64,000 bases of DNA. Origin: Octopus bimaculoides (taxonomy: Eukaryota). The notes below the pieces were generated by a model that had not been told where the DNA came from, did not search any database, and saw nothing but the letters and a program-made list of their open reading frames with translations. This document shows positions 1 to 12,239 of this stretch, in pieces. The stretch spans positions 152,801,993-152,865,992 of the forward strand of contig NC_068982.1 in NCBI RefSeq assembly GCF_001194135.2, in the 5' to 3' direction. How positions within the stretch are numbered: position 1 is the stretch's first letter; each line of letters starts with the position of its first letter. A program made the position numbers and the translations under genes.

Positions 1-365
1 ATATGTATGTATATATGTATGCATATAAATATATGCATACGTGCATATATATATATATGTGTGTGTGTATATATGTATGTGTGTATATCAGTATATATGT
101 ATGTATATATATAGTGTAAAGGCAATTAGCATTACGAACGGTAACACGAGAAGAACTAAAATGCACATAAATGCTATTAGCTTAGCATTTCAATAGAAAG
201 AATTTACTAACATTACGCACATTAGCCCTTCATCAGAAGAGAAGAGAGAAAGCAGAATGACAAGAAGATGGAGTGACGAGAAGAATTAACGAGTTATTAT
301 TCAGGCTCACAAACAGACACGCATATATGGGCATAAATCGATACATGCGTGCATGTTACATGCAT

Positions 366-470
366 ACCTACACATACATACATACATACATACATACATA
401 CATACATGCATGCATGCATGCATGCATGCATACATACATGCATATATACATACATACATACGTATGTATA
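366..470. repeat. (TACA)n/(TGCA)n compound microsatellite
   Basis: Direct reading; explains the HTYI/CMYV-type ORFs here. Confidence 0.9.
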
Positions 471-612
471 TACAGATATATGCAAAGAAACATACGGTTT
501 AGAACGAAACTTATTTGGAGGAAGAGGGTTTTCATTTAATTCACAATGCATGCCAGCTCGGACGTTACCATTTTCAATTTAGCAATTGTGTTTTTAATTG
601 TCAGTTAATTCA

Positions 613-825
613 AAGCGGCTATCTGGCAGACTCTTTAGTACGGCGGCCGAAATGCTAAGAGGCATTGTGTCCGCCTTTTAATTATGAGTCCAAATCCCGC
701 CAAGGTCGACTTTGCTTTCATCTTTTTATGGTCGATAAAATAAGTTGAGCGCTGGGATATATATAATTGACTTACACGTCCTTCAAAATTGCTGGCCTTG
801 TGCTAAACTTCGAAACCAAATGTCT
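613..825 (+). mobile_element. tRNA-derived SINE, family A (MetaSINE-like core)
   Basis: Head aaagcggctatctggcagactc, B-box-like gagtccaaatccc, core gtcgactttgctttcatc..gtcgataaaataag; same family recurs many times in the window, best copy at 59531-59958. Confidence 0.75.
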
Positions 826-999
826 GTTAATTCTTCCGTCGTAATTCATTGAAGAAAATTTTATTCCGAATGAAATGATATTTATCACAATCTAAATTTC
901 ATTAGTAGAAAAGTCACTCCATATCACATAGAGCATCTAATGACAACGGTCAATCCGTCGACCGCTGCTAAGTTACCTTGCATTAAGACTGTCAGTCCA

Positions 1000-3570
1000 C
1001 ATTGCTCACAATAGCATTCATAATAATAGATGTGTTACGAACTGGGATAGTATAGAATATGAACAACTGAAAATGTATTCCGAATGAAATGCTTCGAGAA
1101 AAGCTTATTTATTTGCAGATACTGACAAGAAGACAGACTCTGTGTAACCAATGCCTGTTTATTTGCCGGAACTATACAACGCTTAAACACTATCTCGAAG
1201 GCACTAAAGAAATAAAGTAAGATTAAACAATTCAAAAACACGTTCTTGAATAAGGAAAAGGGAAAAGAATAAGATGATCTACGGAAAACTATCAGTGATA
1301 TGGCGATAATTATTAAATATTAAGAAATAAATCGCTACATTTCTCAACAACAAACATTTTAAAATATATTTTGATATAAATTAATTTCCCTCAAACATTA
1401 GTTTAAATCTGCTAATGAAAAATACCAATATTAGAAGAGATTTACTGGAACAAAATCAAGAAATTTATTTGAAATTAATCAGAAGTTAAGATATAGACGA
1501 AAGGACATTCAATAAATATCACATAGCCTCCTCCCCCACTGGAAAATATGGATTCATTCTCGAAGAAAATCTAAAGTAATAAAAATTAAATAAATCAGTG
1601 GGTAGTATGTCTATTACGAACCTAGAAATAAATTCCAAGTAGTATATCAAAAGCAATATCTTTTAGATTGGGATAATAAAAACCTTAAAGTAGGAACACG
1701 CCAGGAAGACTTTATTTTCATCGACGTCTATATAACAAAACATGATTTTCTGTTTTATCTTATGGACTTTTACTTGCAAGCTGAAAGAAATTCATAGAAT
1801 AACAATAAATACTCAAAAGTAAAAGTGCATCCGGTTAACTATGTTAGTATTTAAGTATCAGTTAAATGAAAATGTGATAGACACAAAATCAACTGAGAAG
1901 GAGACTGGAGATAAAAGACTGGAGGAACTTTTGAACAACAAAATTCGTCGCAGTAGCAACGAAATACAGAGATTTTCGTGGTTATGTTTGGATTAAAGGA
2001 GGAATCCGATTTTATTCCTTTTTCATAGATGTTACAGACCCCTTGACTAGGTACAGTTTTAGAGACCATTATTAGCCCGTGATGGTCTGGCTTCGTTCTA
2101 GATCATGATCCTAAAGTTATGTATAGGATGATATAACTTATTGCAAATGTATGTTTCTCAAGGGCAGTTTATCCGTGATATTAATTTACGATACAATGAA
2201 TCCAGTTGCTGGATAAATCTACAGTTTAAGTGATTGGCTCACAGCTCACAGAAAATCGGGCGCATCAATCGGATCCACCGCTTTCTTGTGGACAACCTTA
2301 ACGAATATGAAATATATATACATATAACATAGAGATGAGCTTTGAGCTGGCTATGACATTGTCAAATTGTATTAGAAGGAAATTTGGTTAGGGTAAATGT
2401 TTTCGAGTGCAAAACAATAACCATTTACAGACACATTTAGCAACGGCGTTGCAATTTATAACTTATGATTTGTGACAAGAGACGCTATATATGGTTCGGA
2501 TTAAACGAAAACGTATCCTGTGTGAGAACGTAAACCCAGAGATTATGATATTCGTGCAAAAGAATATATCCTGCTCCCCACCCAGAACTCAATAACTGCA
2601 AAGCAAATGTAGTCTACTATGTGTTTTTGTATCATTGTATCTTCTGACATTTGTGTTACATGACTAATGCGTTAGATGTTATTTGGGTAGCTGTTTAACT
2701 TCGATTCAAAGCAGTTTTTGAATGTTACATTATGTCTCTTCGACGGTATCTACCAGTTACCAAGCTTAGAATGCATCAATAAATTCTAATATCATACATG
2801 AGACAAAGAGCTAATATAATATCCGAGAGGCTATTTCCAGTATCTACCCATAAAATATTCCATGGCAGTTGAATAGGGATACACATACAATGAATTTTCG
2901 TATCGTTGATGTAACCTAGATAATTAGATTGTCTGCCTTTAGCCATATATAAGCTCTCTCATTGAGGGTTATATTTTTGCTACCCAGAAAATAGTTAACA
3001 CGATAGTTGACGCAGAAAGGAGTGGGAGATCACTCTAATGCTGCAAACATTGTAGAATTAAAACCAGAATTTTAATTCTTAAATTTCTTGAGTACCTATC
3101 AAACATGTCACCACGTTATCTACTCATTCGGCACGATATAATGGATAAACATTTTACACTGAAACCCGCAGAAAAAATAGTTCTAAAGAAACAATATGAA
3201 ATGTTATAGTGATGTGGATGGCATATACCTCCATAATAGAAAAGAATACTAGCACAATGCTTCGAACAAAAATCTGCGTACAAAGTAGGCGTAACAGACC
3301 AGACGTAATTATCAAAGACAGATAACAGAAAATCACCACAGTTGTATTAAACAGTTTTTAGCAGACGTTAATGTGGTTGTAGAGATAATAGGAAAGGTAT
3401 CAACTATGTCGAACTAAAGATAAATCCATGGCGACCAAGTTCCGATTATACTTGCATGAATACTGTTAATACTGAGGCAATGGGTTAAGAAATTACAATT
3501 ACAACTGTGATATATAGAAGACGTTCAATAAGTTTAGTCTCCCGAACACTACGCATACATAGAGCCATAC
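1000..3570 (+). mobile_element. Old, frameshifted R4/Dong-like non-LTR retrotransposon (RT + REL endonuclease)
   Basis: Collinear motifs across shifting frames: (W)IRKREKN..DDLRKTISD (~1250), RNLFEINQKLRYRR (~1460), degenerate YxDD-like tatgtataggatgatataac (~2120), CKHC..RHD zinc knuckle (~3045-3140), RNRPDVIIKDR REL motif (~3290), degenerate LxTAHILR end (~3545). Same order as the younger copies at 18 and 22-23 kb. Confidence 0.6.
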
Positions 3571-3949
3571 GGAGATGTGTATATTTGTACATACATAAGT
3601 AAAAACATACAGAGTCACATATACAACGAAATGCGTGCATGCAACATACATATTCATATTCATATATGATTGTCTAATTGATGTTGATTAATTTCCCAGT
3701 AAAAGAACTTTTTTTTCCAGGAGTGCAAACTGACCCTGTTTCTGTTGATGAGGGAATTAAATCAGAAAATGACCATATATGTATACACAGTTGTGATCAT
3801 GTTTACAACGTGCATTCTTACCAAGTTGCATGCATACATATATAGTTCATAAATAGATACATACATACAAGTACCAGATGAACGAATTAGAAAAACTAAT
3901 GAAACACTAATTAGACATACAGATTGTATTAATTGGCAAAGTTTTCCCT

Positions 3950-4620
3950 AAAAATTTATAGAATACTCATTACACGATATTGAGTAACAGTGCGGATATT
4001 AGAGTTATTTATAGGATCAGTTGAATATTTTACCTTATTATCTACTTTAAATGGTTGACGGGATATTTCCAACTAAACATAAACTGTTTTAAATGGATAA
4101 AATATCTTGGAATATAATTATAAATTGAAAACTTTACGTTGTTAATGTGTCGTTCGTTTGTACATTTACGCATATATTTACATACCGCACATAAATATAA
4201 AGTCTTAAATTTAGTTTCTGTCAGACAGTGAAATATCCTACCAAGACTTAATCGGTTTCATTATCATTATTGATTCCCGGTGAATAATTTAAACCCTGTC
4301 GCAAGATAAAGTATTCTCTTTATTCTATAGCTCTTTTGGCTCTGTCGAGCAAATAACAGATATTTGTTTTTAACTAGACATTAAACTACTAGAACGGATA
4401 AGTTTGTTCGCATATTAACAGCGTTCATTATTGTGCTTCGAGCTGTTAAGTGGTTCAAAGTTGTCAAGCAATATTTTATTGTTGTTAGGATTTCAAATAG
4501 TTATCTTGCAGATGTGATTGAGTACTGGAGAGATGTTGCTATGCATCTTTTACTAGATTTACGAAGTGCGCTGTCAAACGTTTCAATAAATAAATATATC
4601 TTACTAGAAATTTAAATTCA
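3950..4620 (+). mobile_element. Highly decayed CR1/L2-like LINE reverse transcriptase relic
   Basis: DGIFPTK, KLLERI, QYF..R, DVIEYW..LLLDLRSALSNVS resemble RT motifs GIFP..WK / KLLERI / QYGFR / FLDLSKAFDTV in the correct order. Confidence 0.45.
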
Positions 4621-4724
4621 TAGTCGACAGACGTGGTTATTTATTTTATTCTATATCTGTAATTAAAATATATTGCCTATTTTCCATTTAATTTCCATGA
4701 AAATAGTAAAAATGATAATGATAG

Positions 4725-4880
4725 TAATCATTGTTTCAAATTTTTGCTCAAAACGGGCAATTTTAGGACCAAAGGATTGTTAATACATCGACTCTACTAT
4801 TGGACTGGTATTTATTTTCTTGGCCCCCAAGTGCATGAAAGGCAACTTACTTAACCTTTGATTTCAACTGAGTAAGTAAA
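4725..4880 (-). mobile_element. SINE family A, degenerate
   Basis: tacatcgactctactattggactggtatttt..tgaaaggcaac..gatttcaactgag is the reverse complement of the family A core. Confidence 0.55.
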
Positions 4881-4974
4881 GAGCCTGAACAAATGACATA
4901 AAACATTTTTCTGACACACGAACTATTGTGTGAGTACGTTATCATTTTGCAATCTCACAACACTTAATAATATC

Positions 4975-5002
4975 ATTAATGATAATAATAATAATGGTAA
5001 TA

Positions 5003-5062
<60 letters not shown>

Positions 5063-5125
5063 GTAATAATAGTGATAATAATGATGATGATGATGATGAC
5101 AATAATAATAATAACAACAACAAGA
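4975..5125. repeat. (AAT)n/(GAT)n microsatellite
   Basis: Direct reading; source of the poly-N/poly-I/poly-L ORFs. Confidence 0.95.
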
Positions 5126-5479
5126 ACTCTTAACGCATGAAAACAAGAAAGCATCATACTCAGTAACAAAACAGGAAAAGGAATATCTAAGTGAATTCCA
5201 AATACAACAAATCCCAGAATTAGACGTACTATCACTCCCCTCTCTCTCTCTCTCTCTCTCCCTCTCTCTCTCTCTCTTACTCTTGTTCTTCATCCTTTCT
5301 GTTTTTCTCTCTCAACCCTTCCCTATTCTTCTTTTCCTTTCAAAGTTCCCTCTCTCTCACTCCTCCTCTTCGATCCCCTCGTCGCAGACACGTGACGAAA
5401 GGGATTCTTCCACCCTATTTTCTGCCTTACTATAGAGAAGACGTGATTTTTTGTCTCTCATTCACATCTAACTAGCGTT

Positions 5480-5890
5480 AAAAATAATAATTTTTCTATC
5501 GCCTTGGTCTAACAGCCCTTACCGTTTGTTTTCAATGTATTGTCTTGTTTTTACTGTCTTTTACTGTCTTGTTCTCACAGTCCTGTTCTTGTTTGCACTT
5601 TCACCCACCGCCAAAAATTCCCAATTTTATTTAATTTGCTTTGCGGGAAGGACTGTTCCAACGAAGTCGCGTATTGTCCTTGCCTTCAAAACGCGGAGTA
5701 TATGGAACAGGGACAACTGATGAAGGGAAATATTTTTATGTTGCATGTCTCTTTTCTCTGTTTGTATTTTTCGTTGTTCGAAAAAAAGTTCGTTTTCAGT
5801 CTTCGTCTTTATGTTTTCGTTTCTCATTTTGTTAAACGTTTTTTTTTGTGATGTCCTGTACACATATATGCATTTATATATACATATAGA
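5480..5890. mobile_element. Unclassified interspersed repeat, related to 11870-12145 and 14395-14730
   Basis: Shares ggagta..acaactgatgaa and terminal gtcctgtac.cata motifs with the 14.4-14.7 kb copy. Confidence 0.45.
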
Positions 5891-5947
5891 TATAGGTATG
5901 TACATATATGTATGGATATATGCATATATTTATATATTATTATATAT

Positions 5948-6012
<65 letters not shown>

Positions 6013-6719
6013 GTATGCATAGATGTATGTATGGATCAAAACAGTTTGATTCATATTCGTTGGTACACTTGAGTTTCGTGCGTGATGCTAGTCGTCGAGT
6101 ATTTTGGAATTTGAATGACAGAAGTCGGTTGTTATTACCGTAAGATGGTCTGTGATTGGTGAAGAAGGTCACGCGATGTTCTGGTTTGATGTTGCTATAA
6201 GGGTAACAGTTATTTGGAAATTACCACATGTTGAACAGGAAATTGACCACATGCAGGACAGGAAATCACGTGCTAATTAGGAAATCGGTCAGGTTGTTGG
6301 GGGAAAATAGGAAGAGGTGGTATGTGCAAGTATATAGTTCTATATGTTGGTGTGTAGACGAGCTGATATGGCTATGCGTGCATGTGTATATTAATGCGAG
6401 CGTGTGCATCCGTACATGGGCGCGCATGCGCACGTCTGCACACACACTCACCCACCCACACTTTCAATTACCCCCACGCTCTCACACACACGCACACGCC
6501 CAATATGCTTCGACGAGCACGCACCTGCGCACACGCGTGTATGCACACATACACACACATATACGGATACACACACATGCGTATTCATTTGTACATATGT
6601 ATATTCATATGGATATATGCATGTATACCAGAGTCTGCACACATGTGCACGTGCACATGTGCATTCGCGCAAGCGCGTGAGGGAATATACACGCGCAAAA
6701 AAGGGTTGGGGATTGGTAT

Positions 6720-7510
6720 GTGTTTGGGTTGGTAAACGTTGGCGTTTGCGAACTAGCGGTCCTGCTCATGAGATTGGCTGGTAGAGGTGACCTTGGTGCA
6801 GGCGGTGCAAAGTAGCAGCTGGTGCTAACCTGGTATATCCATGTTGTCGGCAGTTAGAAGCCTGAAATTTGCCAGAATTGCCTACCTCTGTTGACAGCAA
6901 TACGATGAATCGTATTTCTTGTTGATGGAAACTGCGGGTTGTTGGGGGACATGCAGTTTTTCGTGGAGGCAGAGCTGACAGTTGGGGGCGCTGAGTGAAT
7001 ATGGTAGCGCTCTGTCGACAATAGTTCATTTCATCTGGGTATTTCATCTCGGACATAACGGAATCTTCAGAGAAAACGTGACAGGGAAGAAGAGTTCTCT
7101 CTACTCCTGGATCTGAACGAGTGCATATGCTGGGAGTCTCTTCCCTTGAAGTCATTAGCTGTCATACCCGTATAGTGCCTAGTAATGCTATCACATGGTG
7201 TAAGGGTGGTTCTGTATACTACGGCCCTTGAGAAGCAAGATCCTTCTAGAGAGCACGTGATGGAGTTTCGGATGTTGCAGGTTGGGGTTGAGGGAGGTAT
7301 AGATGCCTTTTCCTGTCTGTTGATGTGTGCGATGTTAGATGTGATGTTGTCTACACAGGAGTAGCTCACTTTGACGTTATGGGGGTTGAAATAATTGTAA
7401 TACTTGTGGCCACTTGAGAAGTGTCTATTAATTAGCGACAGGAAGCCCCTAGCTACGTTGGTGGAAACTTTTAGGTTGCAAGGGGTGTTATACCATATAA
7501 TTTTCCTTAT
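6720..7510 (-). mobile_element. Penelope-like element 3' fragment (linker + GIY-YIG endonuclease)
   Basis: IWYNTPCNLKVSTNVARGFL..FNPHNVKVSYSC..CNIRNSITCSLEGSCFSRAVVYRTT..YTGMTANDFKGRDSQHMHSFR: the PLE WxNPP/KVSYSC/CxC-CPLxGxC/VVY..YxG signature. Confidence 0.85.
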
Positions 7511-7521
7511 ATATATACATT

Positions 7522-7655
7522 AAGAAGGGCATCCAGCGGTAAAAACCATGTTAAATCAAACTGGAGTCTCGTGCAGCCTTCCAGCTTGCCAGTCCTGGTC
7601 AAACCGTCCAACCCATGCTAGTATGGACAACTGATGCTAAATGATGATGATGATA
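7522..7655 (+). mobile_element. SINE 3' tail ending in (TGA)n
   Basis: aagaagggcatccagcggtaaaaacc..ccaacccatgctagtatgga..taaatgatgatgatgat, a recognisable SINE/LINE-tail pattern (recalled, not searched). Confidence 0.6.
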
Positions 7656-7675
7656 GTGATAAGTATATAAGTACG

Positions 7676-7741
<66 letters not shown>

Positions 7742-7784
7742 NNNNNNNNNNGTGTGTGTATGTGTGTAGGTGTGTGTGTGTGTT

Positions 7785-7824
<40 letters not shown>

Positions 7825-8275
7825 CATATACACACATGCTTACACGTGGAGTAGGTGGGCGTGCATGTGGTGGTGGTTCATTCTTTAGTACATGACACTG
7901 TTTCCGCCCCATGATTTCACACTCCTGTGCAGGAGTTCATTGAAAATAAACTTCAGTGAATTTTTGAAATACTTTGGGGAGGAGACAAAATTATAGACGC
8001 ATTACATACATACCGTGGCTTAGAACCTTTCAATGTTATACAAAAATTAGTTATTTGCTATTGCTTATATTAGAAGGTCAAAATTTGGATTGTTCTAGGT
8101 TCACTAAATCTTTACTAATCTATATCCAGTCATTTCTTGCAATAGCTAACCTTTACACTTTTCATGCAAGGATCATTAATACCCATCATTTCAATATGCT
8201 ACAATGTGACATCTGAACGTTTGAGAATATCATACCATATCTTCTGGTATAGGCTTTGACGTAGTATGTAGTGTA

Positions 8276-8477
8276 CAGTAATCCCTCCCCATATCGCGGT
8301 TCTCTTATCGCGGTTAATTATTTAACCTTACATCGTATCCTCTGTGGTGTTGTTTTGCATTTATAAAAATGTCAATATATACAAATTATAAAAATGATTT
8401 TAAAAAATACAGTATTTTCACTTATCGCGGATGCTGGTGTGCGGAATACAATACTCGCGATAGTCAGGGGGTTACTG
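8276..8477. mobile_element. Tigger/pogo-like MITE, 202 bp
   Basis: TA|CAGTAATCCCTCCCCATATCGCG ... CGCGATAGTCAGGGGGTTACTG|TA: imperfect ~23-bp TIRs starting CAGT, TA target duplication, no coding capacity. Confidence 0.8.
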
Positions 8478-8923
8478 TAAATATATTGTGTACGTAATGA
8501 AACATTGTCACAAGCTTCCCAACTTTTGCTGCATTGCACATCGACTTTCCAACCTTTCAAAATTGTTTAGGTGTGTAAGTCGACCTACTCTTATTCTTAT
8601 TAGAAATATTCGACTTGTGTGCCAGAATATGCAGTAACAATAGGTCAACTTTATTTGGCGAACCGAGCATTTAGCCAGTTCATATTCCCACTTCAGGTTT
8701 TGGTGAATTTGATCCGTTCCATTGATATATTTGGATATTCCGATATTACGTTGTTATAATTTGTGGGATGGATTTTTAGTGATCTCGTTAATCCCAAATA
8801 CTAGCTTATACCAACAAAATGTTTCGAGGTAATGAATCTATTACCTTTGAGATTTTAAATATCCGGATTCACTCATAACAAGTATCCAATTTTTAGTATC
8901 GCTTAATCTTCTAAGGTACATAC

Positions 8924-8967
<44 letters not shown>

Positions 8968-9097
8968 ATATATATATATATATATGTGTGTGTTTATATA
9001 TACACAATATGTATATATATATATATACACAATATATATATATATATACAAAATATATATATATACACAATATATATATATATATACGTATACATAA

Positions 9098-9144
<47 letters not shown>

Positions 9145-9497
9145 ATATATATATATATATATCAATCTATATACATAAATATATGTATATACATGTACAC
9201 ATATTTGTATACATATCTTTGTGCGTGTTTATGCAAATGCATAGATATAATTTCACTCGTTGGACTACTTTAATTATTCTAGTTGACTTTGCATTAAAAA
9301 TTATAAAAGAATATATATTTTAGAGTTGCCTTCAATAAAGTTTCGATTATATTTTGTCACGAGCTTATATTCCTTTCACAAAAGATGGGTCGTGATGCCA
9401 ACGTAATTCATACTTATTCAACCTTTGTGCAGTAAGAATCACTCCAAAACACTCCCACACAGTAAAATAAACACTTTTACCTTTTTCTCTTACTTGG

Positions 9498-9539
<42 letters not shown>

Positions 9540-11333
9540 NNNNNNNNNNTGTGTGTGTGTGTGTGTGTTTGTGTGTGTGTCTGCGTCTGTGCGTGCGTGA
9601 GCACGTGCGTGTGTATGCATGTATATATATATGTGTGTGTGTATTCATATATATGTGTGGGTAGATAGATAGATAGATTGATAGAACTGTATGTACATAT
9701 GGAAACACATGTCTAAAACAAGAAACAAAATTTACAAAAATCAAAAGCTTGAGATGCATTCGAATAATTTTCACGATTTAAATTACTTTTTTGACATACC
9801 ATGGAATCATTTAAGCATAGAACATATTTCTGCTATACCTTTTGTTATAATCGAATCTTAGTAAATTGTTACTTCCTAAAATTTTAATTTTTGACTTCTG
9901 TATCGTCACACGTTTTGAAACATTTCAAGAAGCCAGGATCAATTTCTGTTTGAAGGGGTCTAAGCAACGTTATATGTATTTACTACAAGAATGTGTGATA
10001 TGTGGTATGCGATTGAACGTCACTATTTTATTTGACATTTTATATTAAGCTGTTAATAACTGGACACCAGCAGCGTGTTATCAGGGATAACTATTACTTT
10101 GTGTTGCTAAAGGATAACCTCCTTTATGCCCATGATTTGTCATGTGAATTAGCCGCGTTAATTACATCGTTCTAACCGGCATTTGAAACAACAACCACAA
10201 GCTCGAATTTTTTTGAGCTGATTCTTTCTTTAATTTAGAAACTTATGTAAATGGTTATCTCCCACTGTACACCAGTATATTTTAACTAAGACATACAAAT
10301 ACACGTTCAAAATCAACCTTGTGGGGGCCTGGATCCCATTTAAAAGTGAGAAAATTTGGAGGAAGGATGGATATAGTCAATCCAACTACGCGACTGGAAC
10401 TTACATAATCAGTTTCTTGGCGGAAATTGAATGTAGAATATAGAAAATTGTAAGTAGATATTACAAGGTATTTTAATGTGATGCAGACAAGAGAATCTAC
10501 CATATGTCGCCATTTCGAAGTAAAATATTAATCTGGAAAGAGACTATATACATGCACGAATAAATAAATACTTGAACTCGCACATGGGCAAAAACATAGA
10601 AACACACAAACGCGCACAAATAAGTTATTTACATAAAGATAGAGCTTAATCTACTTTGAAATCTACCATTGAGTCATGTTTTGAAACAGATTTATTGTTT
10701 ATTTCTAAAACAAACTATCATTACTGGAAAATGTGTGATGGACAAACTATAGTATGTGTAAATAATGAAATATAAAAGCACTGGAGAAAATTTTATTTGG
10801 GATTTTTTCATTTCTTAATTTCTTATCATTCTTCTACATATCTTGGATCCTTTTATCGTTCTTTGTTTTCTCAAATTGCAGTTCCTATAATTATATATTT
10901 ACAGAGCTAACTCTACAGTAAGGTATCGATTTGATACTGGCCCCTAAGATGGGTTACGTAATTTGTTTTGCTTGTTCAATGATATATACTTTGTATATTT
11001 TTAAATCGCCTTTTATAGCGATTCTGTGTCATTTACGTAGTAGTTACAAGGTTCAAGAATGTTCTAATAGAAGGTCAATAACTTGGAATTTTCATTAAAA
11101 CACAGGCCTTTTACCTATGCAAAAGATACTTTTAATCATGATACAGAGAATTTCAGGAGCTGTAATTTAGGTCATGACTGTGTGTCTAATACAAGTAGAT
11201 GAAGAAACCTTTACAAGATCATAGGATTCATGAGAAACAGCAGTAAAAACTGGTACACTCATTATTACTTTATATAAGGAAGAAACATGTTGTAAAATGT
11301 AGTCCTACACCGTGTGCGTAACCTTTGCCACAG

Positions 11334-11442
11334 GTCTGCTCGGCCAGGGCTTATGGGACCTAATCATCATGATCATCATCGCTGTTCTCGTCCTCGGCAT
11401 CGTTGTGGTTGTCATTTCACTAACCACTTTTCTGTTTTCTCG
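11334..11442 (+). CDS. Internal coding exon of an unidentified host membrane protein (one TM helix)
   Basis: Acceptor cctttgccacag|, donor |gtaaga, 109 nt, phase 1 to phase 2, open frame (G)LLGQGLWDLIIMIIIAVLVLGIVVVVISLTTFLFS(R) with a ~25-residue hydrophobic run; GC-richer than flanks; no transposon motif recognised. Confidence 0.72.
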
Positions 11443-11548
11443 GTAAGACAGAGTTTTGTGGGGCAGATAATATAAACGTTAAGCATAAAGTATCATATCA
11501 GCAAAGGAGTGTATAAGAAATTATGTGAACCTATATGGATATGAAAGC

Positions 11549-11607
<59 letters not shown>

Positions 11608-11869
11608 AATATATATATATATATATGCATCTATATATGCGTATATATATATGTATACATATGNNNNNNNNNNNNNNNNNNNNNNNNNNNNNNNNNNNNN
11701 NNNNNNNNNNNNNNNNNNNNNNNNNNNNNNNNNNNNNNNNNNNNNNNNNNNNNNNNNNNNNNNNNNNNNNNNNNNNNNNNNNNNNNNNNNNNNNNNNNNN
11801 NNNNNNNNNNNNNNNNNNNNNNNNNNNNNNNNNNNNNNNNNNNNNNNNNNNNNNNNNNNNNNNNNNNNN

Positions 11870-12145
11870 AAAAAACGAGAAAATGGAAGACAGGACAAGT
11901 TAACATAGAAAAATAACCTTTCATCAGTTGCCGGCTGTCTATCTACTCCTCATTTCGAGCATTCAACTACAATATGAGTTTTCAAAGACAGTTGCTCCCA
12001 TAAATTCTAAAATAAATTTAGTATTTTTGGAGGGTCAAAGTTGGGAACAAAAAAATGACAATGGAGACATACAAGGAAACCGAACGAAAACAAACAATGA
12101 GGGTTGTTAGACTAGAATGAGAGTAGAACAGTGAACACTGGGAGA
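11870..12145 (-). mobile_element. Interspersed repeat copy, inverted relative to 14395-14670
   Basis: Manual alignment to the reverse complement of 14395-14670 gives roughly 80% identity, including ctgtctatctactcctcatttcgagcattcaac and caaagttgggaacaaaaaaat. Confidence 0.8.
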
Positions 12146-12239
12146 AAAATTTCTTTTGAAAAGAGAAGAAATAGAGGAGAGAGAGAGAGAAAAGCGGCGG
12201 CGTTGGAGAGAATAAAGCTTGAGCTTTTCTTGTCGACCC

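Noticed and set aside
1119-1216. Apparent exon (ttgcag|ILTRRQTLCNQCLFICRNYTTLKHYLEGTKEI|gtaaga)
   Set aside because: It lies at the N-terminal end of the decayed R4/Dong-like element, whose motifs continue immediately downstream, and its phase-2 end does not fit the TM exon. Exonisation is not excluded.
4433-4615. ORF DVIEYWRDVAMHLLLDLR, resembling an exon or death-domain segment
   Set aside because: Better explained as a degenerate LINE RT motif with collinear RT motifs upstream.
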